Below, piece after piece: positions 11,293 to 21,488 of a DNA stretch of 64,000 nucleotides. A model generated the notes under the pieces. It did no database searches. It was not told the DNA's origin and saw only the letters and a list, made by a program, of their open reading frames with translations. Within the stretch, counting starts at the first letter, position 1, and each line of letters starts with the position of its first letter. The stretch is from an uncultured bacterium (lineage in GTDB: Bacteria; Chlamydiota; Chlamydiia; Chlamydiales; SM23-39). Location of the stretch: positions 1 to 64,000 of the forward strand of contig OY970323.1 of the NCBI GenBank assembly GCA_963716985.1, read 5' to 3'. Made by a program: the position numbers and the translations under genes.

Positions 11293-12296
11293 GTGTTGGT
11301 GAATAATTCTTTTAGACTGGGAGGTTGTTCTCCGAGCAGTTTTGCAGTGATCCAATAAGATCCAAACGTCAGCGGCACAACCGATCCCCAACGAAGAACA
11401 AACCCGGCCAAAAAGAGGGGTTGACGCACCCAATTTTGCACCCCGGCATAAATTCCAACAGTTGGGCTAGGCGCCGATAAAAAAGGGCTCCACAGAAAGT
11501 TCCAAAAAGAAATCTTCATAGCATACCCTAGGAATTGTAAATAACGAGAAAAGTTAGGAAATTGCGTTTGAAGAGAGGGGTCATTGTAATAAAGCAAGGA
11601 GAAAGGCATAGCAAAAAAAGCTGCGACCCACGGTGCTCTTAAAATTAATGTAGAAAGCCAGCCACCGCAGGCGTTGTCGGCAAAACTCAAAGTGGGAGAA
11701 ATCGCATGTTGCCAACCTCTCTGCACACCAGATAAAGCAGTAGAGGGAACCCCTTTGATATCCGCCCAGTAATAAATCTTTGCAGCAAGAGCGCCAAACC
11801 AGCCGCTAATAATGTCGCCGGTTCCAAGAGGCGTTGCCATTGACCCTTCAACAAGTGATGTCATATTGGTAGCATTGGTTTCTATACCCGGAATTCCCGC
11901 TTTGGGCAAAATGCTAACGACTCGACTATCCACAAGATCCCAAAATTTCGGCATCATCCAAATAGAAACACCTAAAGCAGCTAAGGTCGCGCAGCCGATG
12001 ACCAGCTCTTTTCGATTCTCTTTAAAAAAGCTTACGATCGATTCAAGAGTGGTTTGCTCTACCTTCTTGCCTCTCATAAGGATGTACAAATTTCCCATCG
12101 TGCAGCGAAAGAAATTGAATACCGTCAAATCCAGCACAGTGGCTGCAAGAGCGGGGAGAAACAAGAGAATAAATTTGGCCACTTTCCAAGTCGTATGGCT
12201 CCATGTATCTGCGGGAGTATCGGTTGCGGCAGTCCAAAAAGTTCTTGCAACGGGACAATCAAGCGGAGAGTAAAAAGTAGCTACCGAAGCGGTCAT
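11283..12296 (-). CDS. Hypothetical multi-pass membrane protein (337 aa), possible Inc/effector
   Basis: Long ORF with several hydrophobic segments and no classical signal peptide; divergent from the paralog array. Confidence 0.65.
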   Translation of the reverse strand: MTASVATFYSPLDCPVARTFWTAATDTPADTWSHTTWKVAKFILLFLPALAATVLDLTVFNFFRCTMGNLYILMRGKKVEQTTLESIVSFFKENRKELVIGCATLAALGVSIWMMPKFWDLVDSRVVSILPKAGIPGIETNATNMTSLVEGSMATPLGTGDIISGWFGALAAKIYYWADIKGVPSTALSGVQRGWQHAISPTLSFADNACGGWLSTLILRAPWVAAFFAMPFSLLYYNDPSLQTQFPNFSRYLQFLGYAMKISFWNFLWSPFLSAPSPTVGIYAGVQNWVRQPLFLAGFVLRWGSVVPLTFGSYWITAKLLGEQPPSLKELFTNTQT

Positions 12297-12545
12297 AAAA
12301 AAGACACCTTATTTTATGAAAAACTACAAAATAATAGCATAAAAATTGATTTTCTCAAAGGCAAAAACAAACCGATAGGAAGAAAAAAATTGAAACACAG
12401 AACAGATAAAAAATTTTCTGTTTTTGCGCAATTTTTTTAATTTTTTTGATATTCTTGGAATTTTTCAAATCTGTTTTATCTGCTTTTATAGGTAGATGTA
12501 ATATTACGAATATGTTATCTTTTTAGGGCAAGAAGGAGAGTTTTC

Positions 12546-13913
12546 ATGTTTCTTTTCAATAGCCCCTGGATAAATCCTTGGGCTCCTACGGATCCTTTCC
12601 TAAAAAAGAAAAATTACATGAGCTACGGGTTTCATGCGGGGACAAATTTTGTAGAAAAAGCAGATTTTATCGGCAATAAATATGGCAAAAGCATGGCCAA
12701 GATTTGTGCCTATGCTATGGATTTTTTCACCTGTTTGATCGTCAACCCAACCGCCCTATTCTACAATAGTACAATCGGACCTTTTATAAATGCTTTCATC
12801 AGAAGATCCAATCGGGTGGCCATGGAAGGAAAAGCATACATCTCTTGGAAACCATCTTCTTACAAACCGATCCTTACTCTTGCCTCGATCGCTCTTACTT
12901 TCTTTATAGCACGCAAGGGTCTAAATGCCTTTTTATCGCCAGCTCCCAATTTTCCTGTCCATCCGCATACTACCCTGCCAACTTCTTTGCAACGATCCAT
13001 TCTATCCCCTTTAGCTAAAGTAATGAATCTCTCTTCTTTAGGTTCCCTCCCGGACCTTCGAAACCTAACGAAAGCAGGCCTTGCCTTATTAACAATTGCA
13101 ATTTCCGGAGGGATTTTTTACGAATGGAAAACAAAACCTCAGCCAACAATCCCGGCATTTGACATTGATAAGAAAGTTCAGGCTCTTTGCAAAACGTATC
13201 CCGATTTCGGTCGGCAAGCGATAGCTCTTGCGATAGAAAAATTTAAAAAGTATTCCAAAAGCAATCCTCTTGCTCCTATAGATCAACTAGATCAACAAAT
13301 TGCGGGCCTTCAAAACTTTTTTGATAAGATTGTTTGTCTCAACTTTAACGAAGCCTTGAGTAAATATAGAGATCAAAGAAGCAAAGACAACCACTGTGCA
13401 CTTCTTACCGCCTCGTATGATTTCATGGCAGTAAGTTATGCAATTAGTTGTCTTACCTTAGAAGATCTTTGCGAGGCTAGTATAATGCATTATGTTCAAA
13501 AAACCAAAGCCTTAACTCTCCTGGAATTTCTAATGAACACAAAATCTGTGGTCCGTGCGCATCTTCTTATGTGTTCAGGTTGCTATCATTTTATCAGGTG
13601 GGGCTATGTCCACACCAGCACTCGCCCGCTTCCAGCCGCATATTCGGCCCCCTTTTATTCTCCTACAGAAATACCCACCAATCAGCAGAAGTGGAATCGG
13701 TTATACAATCATTTTTGCCAACGCAGGAAAGAACTTATGTCAGACGACGAATTGGCAAAAGCAGGTTGGAAACCACTTGCGAATTGGACGCAAGAAGACA
13801 CTAAAGAAACACAAGAGAGTTTTATGCGCGACCCTGGTTCGTGCTCAAGGATTCTTCAAACCGAGCAAACCGAATGTAAGCTTGGTACGCGTGTACTATT
13901 TGATAATTTTTAG
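12546..13913 (+). CDS. Unknown-family paralog A (conserved N-region + 1 repeat domain)
   Basis: AAGGAG RBS; ~195-aa N-region shared with three neighbours; one PDFGRQAI...VSYAISCL...YHFIR...WNRLYN domain. Confidence 0.85.
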   Translation: MFLFNSPWINPWAPTDPFLKKKNYMSYGFHAGTNFVEKADFIGNKYGKSMAKICAYAMDFFTCLIVNPTALFYNSTIGPFINAFIRRSNRVAMEGKAYISWKPSSYKPILTLASIALTFFIARKGLNAFLSPAPNFPVHPHTTLPTSLQRSILSPLAKVMNLSSLGSLPDLRNLTKAGLALLTIAISGGIFYEWKTKPQPTIPAFDIDKKVQALCKTYPDFGRQAIALAIEKFKKYSKSNPLAPIDQLDQQIAGLQNFFDKIVCLNFNEALSKYRDQRSKDNHCALLTASYDFMAVSYAISCLTLEDLCEASIMHYVQKTKALTLLEFLMNTKSVVRAHLLMCSGCYHFIRWGYVHTSTRPLPAAYSAPFYSPTEIPTNQQKWNRLYNHFCQRRKELMSDDELAKAGWKPLANWTQEDTKETQESFMRDPGSCSRILQTEQTECKLGTRVLFDNF

Positions 13914-13931
13914 GCAAAAAGGAGAGTTTTC

Positions 13932-15944
13932 ATGCTTCCTATTCACAATCCCTGGATAAATCCTTGGGCTCCTTCCTTGAGAAAGGAAGATCTCATGAAT
14001 TACGGTCTTCATGCCGGGACAAATTTTGTAGAAAAAGCAGATTTTATCGGCAATAAATATGGCAAAAGCATGGCCAAGACTTGTGCCTATGCTGTTGATT
14101 TTTTCACCTGTTTGTTCGCCAACCCGACCGCCTTATTCTACAACAGCACAATCGGACTTGTAAGAAATGCTTTCATCAGAAGATCCAATCGTATTACCTT
14201 AGAAAAAACACGCAGCTCGTGGAAACCAACTTCTTACAAACCGATTCTTACCATTGCCTCGATCGCGCTTACTCTCTTTCTCGCACGCAAGGGCCTAAAT
14301 ACCTTTTTATCGACAGCTCCCAACTTTCCTGCTAATTCGAGCTCTATCCCGCTTACTTCTTTACAACACTCAATTTCATCCTCTTTAGTAAAAGTAATGG
14401 ACCCATCTTCTTTGGCCTCCTTCCCGGATCTTCGAAATTTAACGAAAGCAGGCCTCGCCTTATTAACAATTGCCATCTCCGGAGGAATTTTTTACGGGTG
14501 GAAAACAAAACCACAGCCACTCGTCCAGGCACCTGATATTTCTACCGCTCCTGAAGAACTTATGAGGGCCTGTCCCGATTTCGGCCGGCAAGCCATTGAG
14601 TATGCGCTAGGAAAACCTCGAGAACATCCCGAACTGCCCCATCCTCGTGACGACGAATCCCTATTGCAGCCTCCAGTAAATAAACAAATTACCTACCTTC
14701 GCAATTTTTTAGACACGATTGTGATTCCTGACTTTAATAAAGCTTTTGCAGAATATAGAAATGATGAAAATCGCGATTCGGAGCAAAGCAAAAAAAACAG
14801 CCAAGCTCTTCTTTCCGCTACAGATGCTTTAATGAAAACAAGCTATGCAATTAGTTATCTTGCCTTGCAAGATCTCTCCAGTTTTAGAAAAAGACATAAA
14901 GAGCAAACAGGGGAGGACTTAACTTACGCACAAATTCTCACCCGTCAAGATTTTGCGGCCTATGGGAATTTTTTCACTCTTACAAACAATTATCACTTTG
15001 TCAGACGAGGCTATAACAACCGCCCCCACCCCCAACTTTTAAACCCCCAGCTTTTAGGCGCATATTCAAACCTCTTTTATACAGAATCCCCCTATCACCA
15101 CACATGGAATCGATTATACAATGATTTTTGTCAGCAAAGGAAAACACTCGTATCTGATGAAGCATTGAGAGCTGCAGGCGGACAACTACATGTGAATTGG
15201 ACGCAAGAAGACACAAGGGAAACAGAAAGAGCATTTATGCAATACCTGGGTCCGCGTCCAACTTACAATGGAGAAAAAACGCAAATTTCTACCCCTCCCG
15301 AAGAGCTTTTGAGAAGCTATCCCGATTGCGGTAGACAGGCGATCGAATATGCACTGGGACTTCTTAGGAATCCGCCTCCCAAAACGAGTGCTTATTCCAC
15401 CACCTCCATGAAGCACCCATCAAATACTCAAATTACCAGGCTTTGCGAATTGTTAGACAACACTGTTGCTCCCGCCCTAAATGAGGCTTTGGGAAAATAC
15501 GATCGCGATAGCAAAGAGGTTCGTCAAGCCACGGATGATTTCATGATGGTAAGCTATGCAATTAGCTGTCTTACCCTAGAAGATCTTCCCCAATTTATAA
15601 AAGAAAAGGGTTTTACTTATGCACAAATCCTAACGAACACAGGATCTCCGATCTATTGGATCTTTAACATTTGCACACATAATTACCACTTTATTAGAGG
15701 AAATTACTCTGATGACAAACAGGCTGTCGTTTCAAAAGAAGATTCGTCCCCCTTCTTTAGACCTGAAACGCTCCAAAATACTTGGAAGCAATTATATGAT
15801 CATTGCCGTCAACGCTTGGAAGAACGTCTGAGGGAAGAGGGTATGCGCGAACACGCATCGGCCGAAGAAATCACAAAACTTCTTAGTCGGATGAATGAAG
15901 ACAAAGACGGGCAGCTATTTTCTTTAGACTGGTCCCAAGTATAA
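13932..15944 (+). CDS. Unknown-family paralog B (N-region + 2 repeat domains)
   Basis: AAGGAG RBS; domains start at ~14574 and ~15321. Confidence 0.85.
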   Translation: MLPIHNPWINPWAPSLRKEDLMNYGLHAGTNFVEKADFIGNKYGKSMAKTCAYAVDFFTCLFANPTALFYNSTIGLVRNAFIRRSNRITLEKTRSSWKPTSYKPILTIASIALTLFLARKGLNTFLSTAPNFPANSSSIPLTSLQHSISSSLVKVMDPSSLASFPDLRNLTKAGLALLTIAISGGIFYGWKTKPQPLVQAPDISTAPEELMRACPDFGRQAIEYALGKPREHPELPHPRDDESLLQPPVNKQITYLRNFLDTIVIPDFNKAFAEYRNDENRDSEQSKKNSQALLSATDALMKTSYAISYLALQDLSSFRKRHKEQTGEDLTYAQILTRQDFAAYGNFFTLTNNYHFVRRGYNNRPHPQLLNPQLLGAYSNLFYTESPYHHTWNRLYNDFCQQRKTLVSDEALRAAGGQLHVNWTQEDTRETERAFMQYLGPRPTYNGEKTQISTPPEELLRSYPDCGRQAIEYALGLLRNPPPKTSAYSTTSMKHPSNTQITRLCELLDNTVAPALNEALGKYDRDSKEVRQATDDFMMVSYAISCLTLEDLPQFIKEKGFTYAQILTNTGSPIYWIFNICTHNYHFIRGNYSDDKQAVVSKEDSSPFFRPETLQNTWKQLYDHCRQRLEERLREEGMREHASAEEITKLLSRMNEDKDGQLFSLDWSQV

Positions 15945-16519
15945 GATCAAAAATTGCAGACTCGCAGGGCTTGCGAATGAGAAAATTTTAGAAGGCGAAA
16001 GTGCAATCCCTCCAATCCTTTCGACTTTTTCTCTTTCTAAAATGGTTGCAAAAGCCTTTGCAACCATTTTCACAAAGACGAATTTCTTCCAAAGAAGATC
16101 GCGCAAGTGAAGAGCGTGAACATTCGGAATACAGCGAAAAGGAAAAACCACTTCGTTCAGCCCCCAGCCGGGCCTCCAAAGCTGGGCAATGCGATCATGT
16201 CGACAGATCGTTACCATGGGAAGGCCGAGAGCAGAGACCAAATGGCCAACGACCGAATCCTTGCCGATCAAATACCCCGATTCGCCAACAAATCGAGCAA
16301 GGCCCTGAAAGTTAAAAAAAGATGGACCGGAACTTCTCGATGAAGTAGTTGCGGCCGGGCAAAACCCTCTTTCTCATTCATCACAAAGACGGGGCTCCAC
16401 CCTTGCTTTTGAAAATGTAAAGCTAGCTTGACAAATTTCTTTTCCGGCCAGCTTCGCCCCTTCCGGGCACAGGTCGGATGGATAACGATCCTTTTCTGAG
16501 AGCAAGATCGAAAGGAAGA
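15923..16519 (-). pseudogene. Duplicated, frameshifted 3' fragment of the GT9 gene at 21587-22558, with its downstream flank
   Basis: Near-identical to 21499-22106 (offset ~5576). The stop codon is lost and there is a frameshift near 16268. Confidence 0.85.
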
Positions 16520-16678
16520 CTGCACTACGAATATTACGATTTGCAAAAAATTGCCCCTCAGAAGTAACTGCAAGTTGCAGTATCCCTCTATTATCAAGGA
16601 AATTCTCAATATAAATTTGTCTTAGACTTAACTTTTTTTACAAAAAAATTACAACCGACTAAAGGTAAGGACCATAAA

Positions 16679-16749
16679 CCTAAAAACGGCAGTTGAACCG
16701 CTCCGCACAATCAAAACTTTCGCGATTCTCCTCTAAAAATCAATGTTAT
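16679..16749 (-). mobile_element. Truncated MITE copy in inverted orientation
   Basis: Exact reverse complement of 19728-19798, preceded by nearly the same ~45-nt left flank as the full MITE. Confidence 0.8.
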
Positions 16750-16815
16750 CTGTTTTTATAGGTAGATGTAAAATTACGAATATGTTATCTTTTTTGGGCA
16801 AGAAGGAGAGTTTTC

Positions 16816-19086
16816 ATGTTTTTTCTCAATAGCCCCTGGATAAATCCTTGGGCTCCTACGGATCCTTTCCTAAAAAAGAAAAATTACATGAGCTACGGGT
16901 TTCATGCGGGGACAAATTTTGTAGAAAAAGCAGATTTTATCGGCAATAAATATGGCAAAAGCATGGCCAAGATTTGTGCCTATGCTATGGATTTTTTCAC
17001 CTGTTTGATCGTCAACCCAACCGCCCTATTCTACAATAGTACAATCGGACCTTTTATAAATGCTTTCATCAGAAGATCCAATCGGGTGGCCATGGAAGGA
17101 AAAGCATACATCTCTTGGAAACCATCTTCTTACAAACCGATCCTTACTCTTGCCTCGATCGCTCTTACTTTCTTTATAGCACGCAAGGGTCTAAATGCCT
17201 TTTTATCGACAGCTCCCAACTTTCCTGCTAATTCGAGCTCTATCCCGCTTGCTTCTTTACAACACTCATTTTCATCCTCTTTAGTAAAAGTAATGGATCC
17301 ATCTTCTTTGGGCTCCTTCCCGGATCTTCGAAATTTAACGAAAGCAGGCCTCGCCTTATTAACAATTGCAATCCCCGTAGGAATTTTTTACGTATGGAAA
17401 ACAAAACCTCAGCCACTCGTCCAGGCACCTGATATTTTTACCGCTAGGTATGCGCTGGAAAAACAAAAGAAAACAACACCTCCGCCAGCTGCCCCCGCCA
17501 CAGCATCCGATATCGGTAAGCAAGCGATAGCATTTGCGTTAAAAAAACTTGACGAATATTCCAAAATTATTAGACCCCCATCGCCGACTACTGAACATAT
17601 ATCTAAAACTTCCAGTCTCCTAGTGCAGGCACCTGTAAATGCACAAATTATCTCCCTTCAAAATTTTTTAGATAAAAGTGTTATTCCTGCCCTTGATAGA
17701 GCTTTGGAAGCTGTTACTTCTGGTAAAAAAAACGACACAACCCTTGAGAAGGCTCTTTTTGACGCCGTAGATGTTCACATGAAAGTAAGCTATGCAATTA
17801 GTTGTCTTAACTTAAGAAATATTTCCTCCTTTGTTAATGAGGAAAATCTTAAAGAAAAAAAGAAATCTACTCCGGCGCAATTTCTAGAACACAAGACGCT
17901 TGCGACCTATAAATATTATCGTTCCTGCACAGATTGCTACCGTAATATTATAAGGGGCCATTCTCACACTCCCGATTCCACAACTTACGATTTGGATCTC
18001 TTTTTTACAGAAGGCACTCTTCAACGCACATGGAATTTATTATATAATTTTTATTGTCAGCTAAGGAAAGAACTTGTGTCTGACGAAGATTTGAAAAAAG
18101 CAGGCAGAGAAGACCTTGTGGAGCAGACGCTAGAACATACGAGAGAAACTGAATCAACATTTTTAACGTCCGTCACCTTAACAAAACCCCGCGAACTTAC
18201 GATGAAAACGCAAGGATACACTGGAAACCCAAAGCAAACACATAAATCTCCCGCTTCGACTTCAACTCATGTCAGCCCCACCGATGCCCCCATTCAAATG
18301 GATCCTTCAGATGATGCTCCTCCTCCTCTGAGACCCATCCAAACTGACCCCCCCTCACCGAAACCCATCACAACTGCGACCGCTACTACCGCCGCCCCCG
18401 CTGCAGCTGCTGCCGCTCTCCAGGACTACCCCGATTTCGGTAGGGAAGCGATAGCATTTGCGCTAGGAGAACTTAAGAAACATCCCAAAATGTGCCATGC
18501 CCATGAAAGCACCCCCCCAGTGGCTCCTCCTTTCAATGAAGAAATTACCCACCTTCAAAATTATTTAAAGGAAATTGCTGCTCCTGCCTATAAACTTGCT
18601 GTTCAAGCCCATAAGGACGCTTTGGCGGAATACAAATTAGATGCAGGAAAACAAGGCGCACTGTATACTGCTAATGCCACACTTCTTGCCGCCACAGATG
18701 TTTGTATGAAAGTAAGCTATGCAATTAGTTGTCTTAACTTAGACGATCTTCCCCAACTTATAAAAATAATGTCTAAAGTAGCAGCAAAGACGGATTTAAC
18801 TTTAGCGCACATTCTAACCAGCCAATCTTTTGCGGCATCTAAGTATTCTTTTACATGCGCAAGAAGGTATCATAGTATCAGGCAGCATGATTTCTCCAAC
18901 CCCGACATTCCACTTTCAAAAGAATATTCGGACCTTTTTTATAGTGAAGCCACTCTTCAGCACTCATGGAATCGATTATACAATGATTATTGCCAACGCA
19001 GGAAAAGACTTGTTTCTAACAAAGAACTGAGAGCGGCAGGTGGACAACTACTTGTGACTTTGACACAAGGAGACTCTGGAGATTAA
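16816..19086 (+). CDS. Unknown-family paralog C (N-region + domain + Pro/Thr/Ala linker + domain); C-terminus probably clipped by an IS fragment
   Basis: 5' ~390 nt almost identical to paralog A, then B-like sequence; domains at ~17506 and ~18430. Confidence 0.85.
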   Translation: MFFLNSPWINPWAPTDPFLKKKNYMSYGFHAGTNFVEKADFIGNKYGKSMAKICAYAMDFFTCLIVNPTALFYNSTIGPFINAFIRRSNRVAMEGKAYISWKPSSYKPILTLASIALTFFIARKGLNAFLSTAPNFPANSSSIPLASLQHSFSSSLVKVMDPSSLGSFPDLRNLTKAGLALLTIAIPVGIFYVWKTKPQPLVQAPDIFTARYALEKQKKTTPPPAAPATASDIGKQAIAFALKKLDEYSKIIRPPSPTTEHISKTSSLLVQAPVNAQIISLQNFLDKSVIPALDRALEAVTSGKKNDTTLEKALFDAVDVHMKVSYAISCLNLRNISSFVNEENLKEKKKSTPAQFLEHKTLATYKYYRSCTDCYRNIIRGHSHTPDSTTYDLDLFFTEGTLQRTWNLLYNFYCQLRKELVSDEDLKKAGREDLVEQTLEHTRETESTFLTSVTLTKPRELTMKTQGYTGNPKQTHKSPASTSTHVSPTDAPIQMDPSDDAPPPLRPIQTDPPSPKPITTATATTAAPAAAAAALQDYPDFGREAIAFALGELKKHPKMCHAHESTPPVAPPFNEEITHLQNYLKEIAAPAYKLAVQAHKDALAEYKLDAGKQGALYTANATLLAATDVCMKVSYAISCLNLDDLPQLIKIMSKVAAKTDLTLAHILTSQSFAASKYSFTCARRYHSIRQHDFSNPDIPLSKEYSDLFYSEATLQHSWNRLYNDYCQRRKRLVSNKELRAAGGQLLVTLTQGDSGD

Positions 19087-19089
19087 AAA

Positions 19090-19217
19090 ATGAGTCGATC
19101 AAGAAAACAATATTCCCCTGAATTTAAGCTCAAAGCTGTTTTGGAAATTTTGAAAGGAGAAAAAACTGCGACACAACTGGCAGGAGAATTGGAAGTACAT
19201 CCTGTAATTCTTTCTGA
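19090..19217 (+). pseudogene. IS3-family-like transposase OrfA (HTH) fragment
   Basis: MSRSRKQYSPEFKLKAVLEILKGEKTATQLAGELEVHP is a typical HTH_Tnp_1 start; similarity is lost where the IS110 fragment begins. Confidence 0.75.
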
Positions 19218-19354
19218 GCGGTTTTTAAAGCCTTATCGATACTTTGAGGGTCCGTTTTCACGGAAGCTTCAAAAACGATCTTACCTTTTTCATCCACGGT
19301 TGAAATGTCTGTTAGATCCATGGACACATCAAGACCTGCGTAATACTGAGCCAT
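19218..19354 (-). pseudogene. IS110-family recombinase N-terminal fragment
   Basis: AAGGAG RBS then MAQYYAGLDVSMDLTDISTVDEKGKIVFEASVKTDPQSI (DEDD RuvC-like GLDV motif); truncated after ~45 codons. Confidence 0.8.
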
Positions 19355-19612
19355 CGCTTGTCTCCTTCGTTCAGCGAGAGAATCTTTAGAAAAGAGGGTC
19401 AAACGACCGATCTTAAAAAAGCCTGGCTACAGTATGTGAACATGGCCGAAAAAGCGATAAATAATGCCTTATCTCACTTTTTCTCAAAACCTCAGATGGC
19501 AAATTTCATATGGCTTTTGTCGTCGATAATCCTGGGTCAAAAATTTAACTTGAGTCACATTGAAAAGCTTTTTTTAAAAAAATCACAACCAACTAAAGGT
19601 AAGGACCATAAA

Positions 19613-19798
19613 CCTAAAAACGGCAGTTGAACCGCTCCGCATGACCTGAAAATTGTAAATTTCTCTCTCAGAAATAAATTCTATCTTGAACGTTCACGCC
19701 CAATAGGTGAGTGGATAAATTTGAGCAATAACATTGATTTTTAGAGGAGAATCGCGAAAGTTTTGATTGTGCGGAGCGGTTCAACTGCCGTTTTTAGG
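19613..19798. mobile_element. 186-bp MITE
   Basis: Perfect 29-bp terminal inverted repeats (CCTAAAAACGGCAGTTGAACCGCTCCGCA at 19613-19641 and 19770-19798) flanked by the 5-bp direct repeat ATAAA (19608-19612 and 19799-19803). Confidence 0.9.
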
Positions 19799-19950
19799 AT
19801 AAATGAATTTTCGGAGTTTTCGTGATAAACTCAGACTATAATTAATGTGCCACTTTTTAATTTTTCGATATTATTGGAATTTTTCAGATATATTATTATA
19901 GATGTAAAATTACAAATGTGTTATTCTTTTGAGCAAAAAGGAGAGCTTTT

Positions 19951-21255
19951 ATGTTTCTCGACAATTCCTGGTTCAATCCTTGGGCAGCGCCTTCCTTAAG
20001 AACAGAAAGCTACATGAATTACGGTCTTCATGCCGGGACAAACTTTGTAGAAAAAGCAGATTCCATCGACAATAAATATGGCAAAGTCACGGCGAGGGTT
20101 TGTGCTTATGCAGTTGACTTTTTCACCTGTTTGTTCGCCAACCCGACCGCCCTATTCTACAACAGCACAATCGGACTTGTAAGAAATGCTTCCATCAGAA
20201 GATCCAATCGTATTACCTTAGAAAAAACACACAGCTCGTGGAAACCAACTTCTTACAAACCCATTCTTACCCTTGCCTCGATCGCTCTCACTCTTTTTCT
20301 AGCACACAAGGGCCTCAATGCTTTTTTATCGACAACTCCCCATCCTCGTATCAATCCGAATCTTACCCCACCTGCTTTTTCACAACGCCCAATACCATCC
20401 TCTTTTAACGTAACGAACCCCTCTTTCTTGGGAAAAGTTTTCTTTCCAGACACTCGAGACGTAATAATGACTGACCTTGCCTTATTAACGATTGCAATTC
20501 CTGTAGGACTTTTCTACAGATGGAAAACAAACACTGTGGGCAGACAAGCGATAGCATTTGCGCTAGAAAAACTTGAACAAAATCGCGAAGCTTTCCATCC
20601 TCATGCAAACGAATCTGCATTGCATCCTCCTGTAAATCCAAAAATTACCCACCTTCGCAATTTGTTAGACGATACTGTTTTTCCTCCCTTTTTGAAAGCT
20701 TTGGCGCAATTTCAAGATAGGGAAAGCGGGGAAAACAAGCGCGCGCTTCTTGTCGCTTCAGATGAATTAATTCAAGTAAGCTATGCAGTTAGCTGTCTTA
20801 CCTTAAAAGATCTTCCCGATTTTAGAAAAAGACATAAAGAACAAACAGGGGAGGACTTAACTTACGCACAAATTCTCACCCGTCCAGATTTTGCGGCCTA
20901 TTGGAATTTTTTCATTTGCACAAGCTGGTATCATTTTATCAGAAGAGGCTATTGCGACACCCCCGACCCCCAACCTGAAAAAGACTCCCCATCTGAAGAA
21001 GGCTTTCAAATATTTTCGGGCTTCTTTTATAGAGAAAACGCCTCCTTTCCTCACACATGGAATCGATTATACAATGATTATTGTCAAAGCAGAAGCGAAC
21101 TTGCATCTGACGACGAATTGAAAGACGCGGGAGGACAACTACATGTGGATTGGACGCAAAAAGACACGAAAGAAACAGAAGCGACATTTATCAAATACCT
21201 AGGTCCGCACCCAACTTATAGTAGCTACATCGTGAGTCACCCACCCTCTTCCTAA
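19951..21255 (+). CDS. Unknown-family paralog D (N-region + 1 domain); 3' end supplied by the omegaRNA element end
   Basis: AAGGAG RBS; closest to paralog B; the stop codon lies inside the IS200/605-type end hairpin. Confidence 0.85.
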   Translation: MFLDNSWFNPWAAPSLRTESYMNYGLHAGTNFVEKADSIDNKYGKVTARVCAYAVDFFTCLFANPTALFYNSTIGLVRNASIRRSNRITLEKTHSSWKPTSYKPILTLASIALTLFLAHKGLNAFLSTTPHPRINPNLTPPAFSQRPIPSSFNVTNPSFLGKVFFPDTRDVIMTDLALLTIAIPVGLFYRWKTNTVGRQAIAFALEKLEQNREAFHPHANESALHPPVNPKITHLRNLLDDTVFPPFLKALAQFQDRESGENKRALLVASDELIQVSYAVSCLTLKDLPDFRKRHKEQTGEDLTYAQILTRPDFAAYWNFFICTSWYHFIRRGYCDTPDPQPEKDSPSEEGFQIFSGFFYRENASFPHTWNRLYNDYCQSRSELASDDELKDAGGQLHVDWTQKDTKETEATFIKYLGPHPTYSSYIVSHPPSS

Positions 21256-21488
21256 AGGGAGAGGCTGAATCAAGCCTGAAGTTGACCGGGCCCCAAGTCT
21301 TAAAGCAACTTGAGACTACGTTAGGAGCGAATATATAGGCACCTTGGAATGCCGCCTCAGTTCCAAGCTCTGCGGTTAGCAGTTAAACCAAGCGTACGGG
21401 TTAAACCAGTGCTGTTAACATGGTAAACCGCTCCATAACTTTGGCGAGGGGAACTTTACCCGGGAAACCGGAGATTGCAGGTAACTGC
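21236..21488 (+). ncRNA. Orphan HEARO/omegaRNA (IscB-type) with one IS200/IS605 end, no iscB
   Basis: GTCACCCACCCTCTTCCTAAAGGGAGAGGC end hairpin, then GTTGACC, CTACGTTA, ACCTTGGAATGCCGCCTCAGTTCCAAGCTCTG and AACTTTGGCGAGGGGA. This is the same motif order as the element at 35378. The 3' boundary is approximate. Confidence 0.8.

Noticed and set aside
19358..19630. 90-aa plus-strand ORF
   Set aside because: It spans the IS110 upstream region and the MITE end, has no RBS or recognisable motif, and is likely spurious.
12546..21255. Diversity-generating retroelement or shufflon as the cause of paralog variation
   Set aside because: The window has no reverse transcriptase, no adenine-specific TR/VR pair and no site-specific invertase, and all cassettes are in the same orientation.
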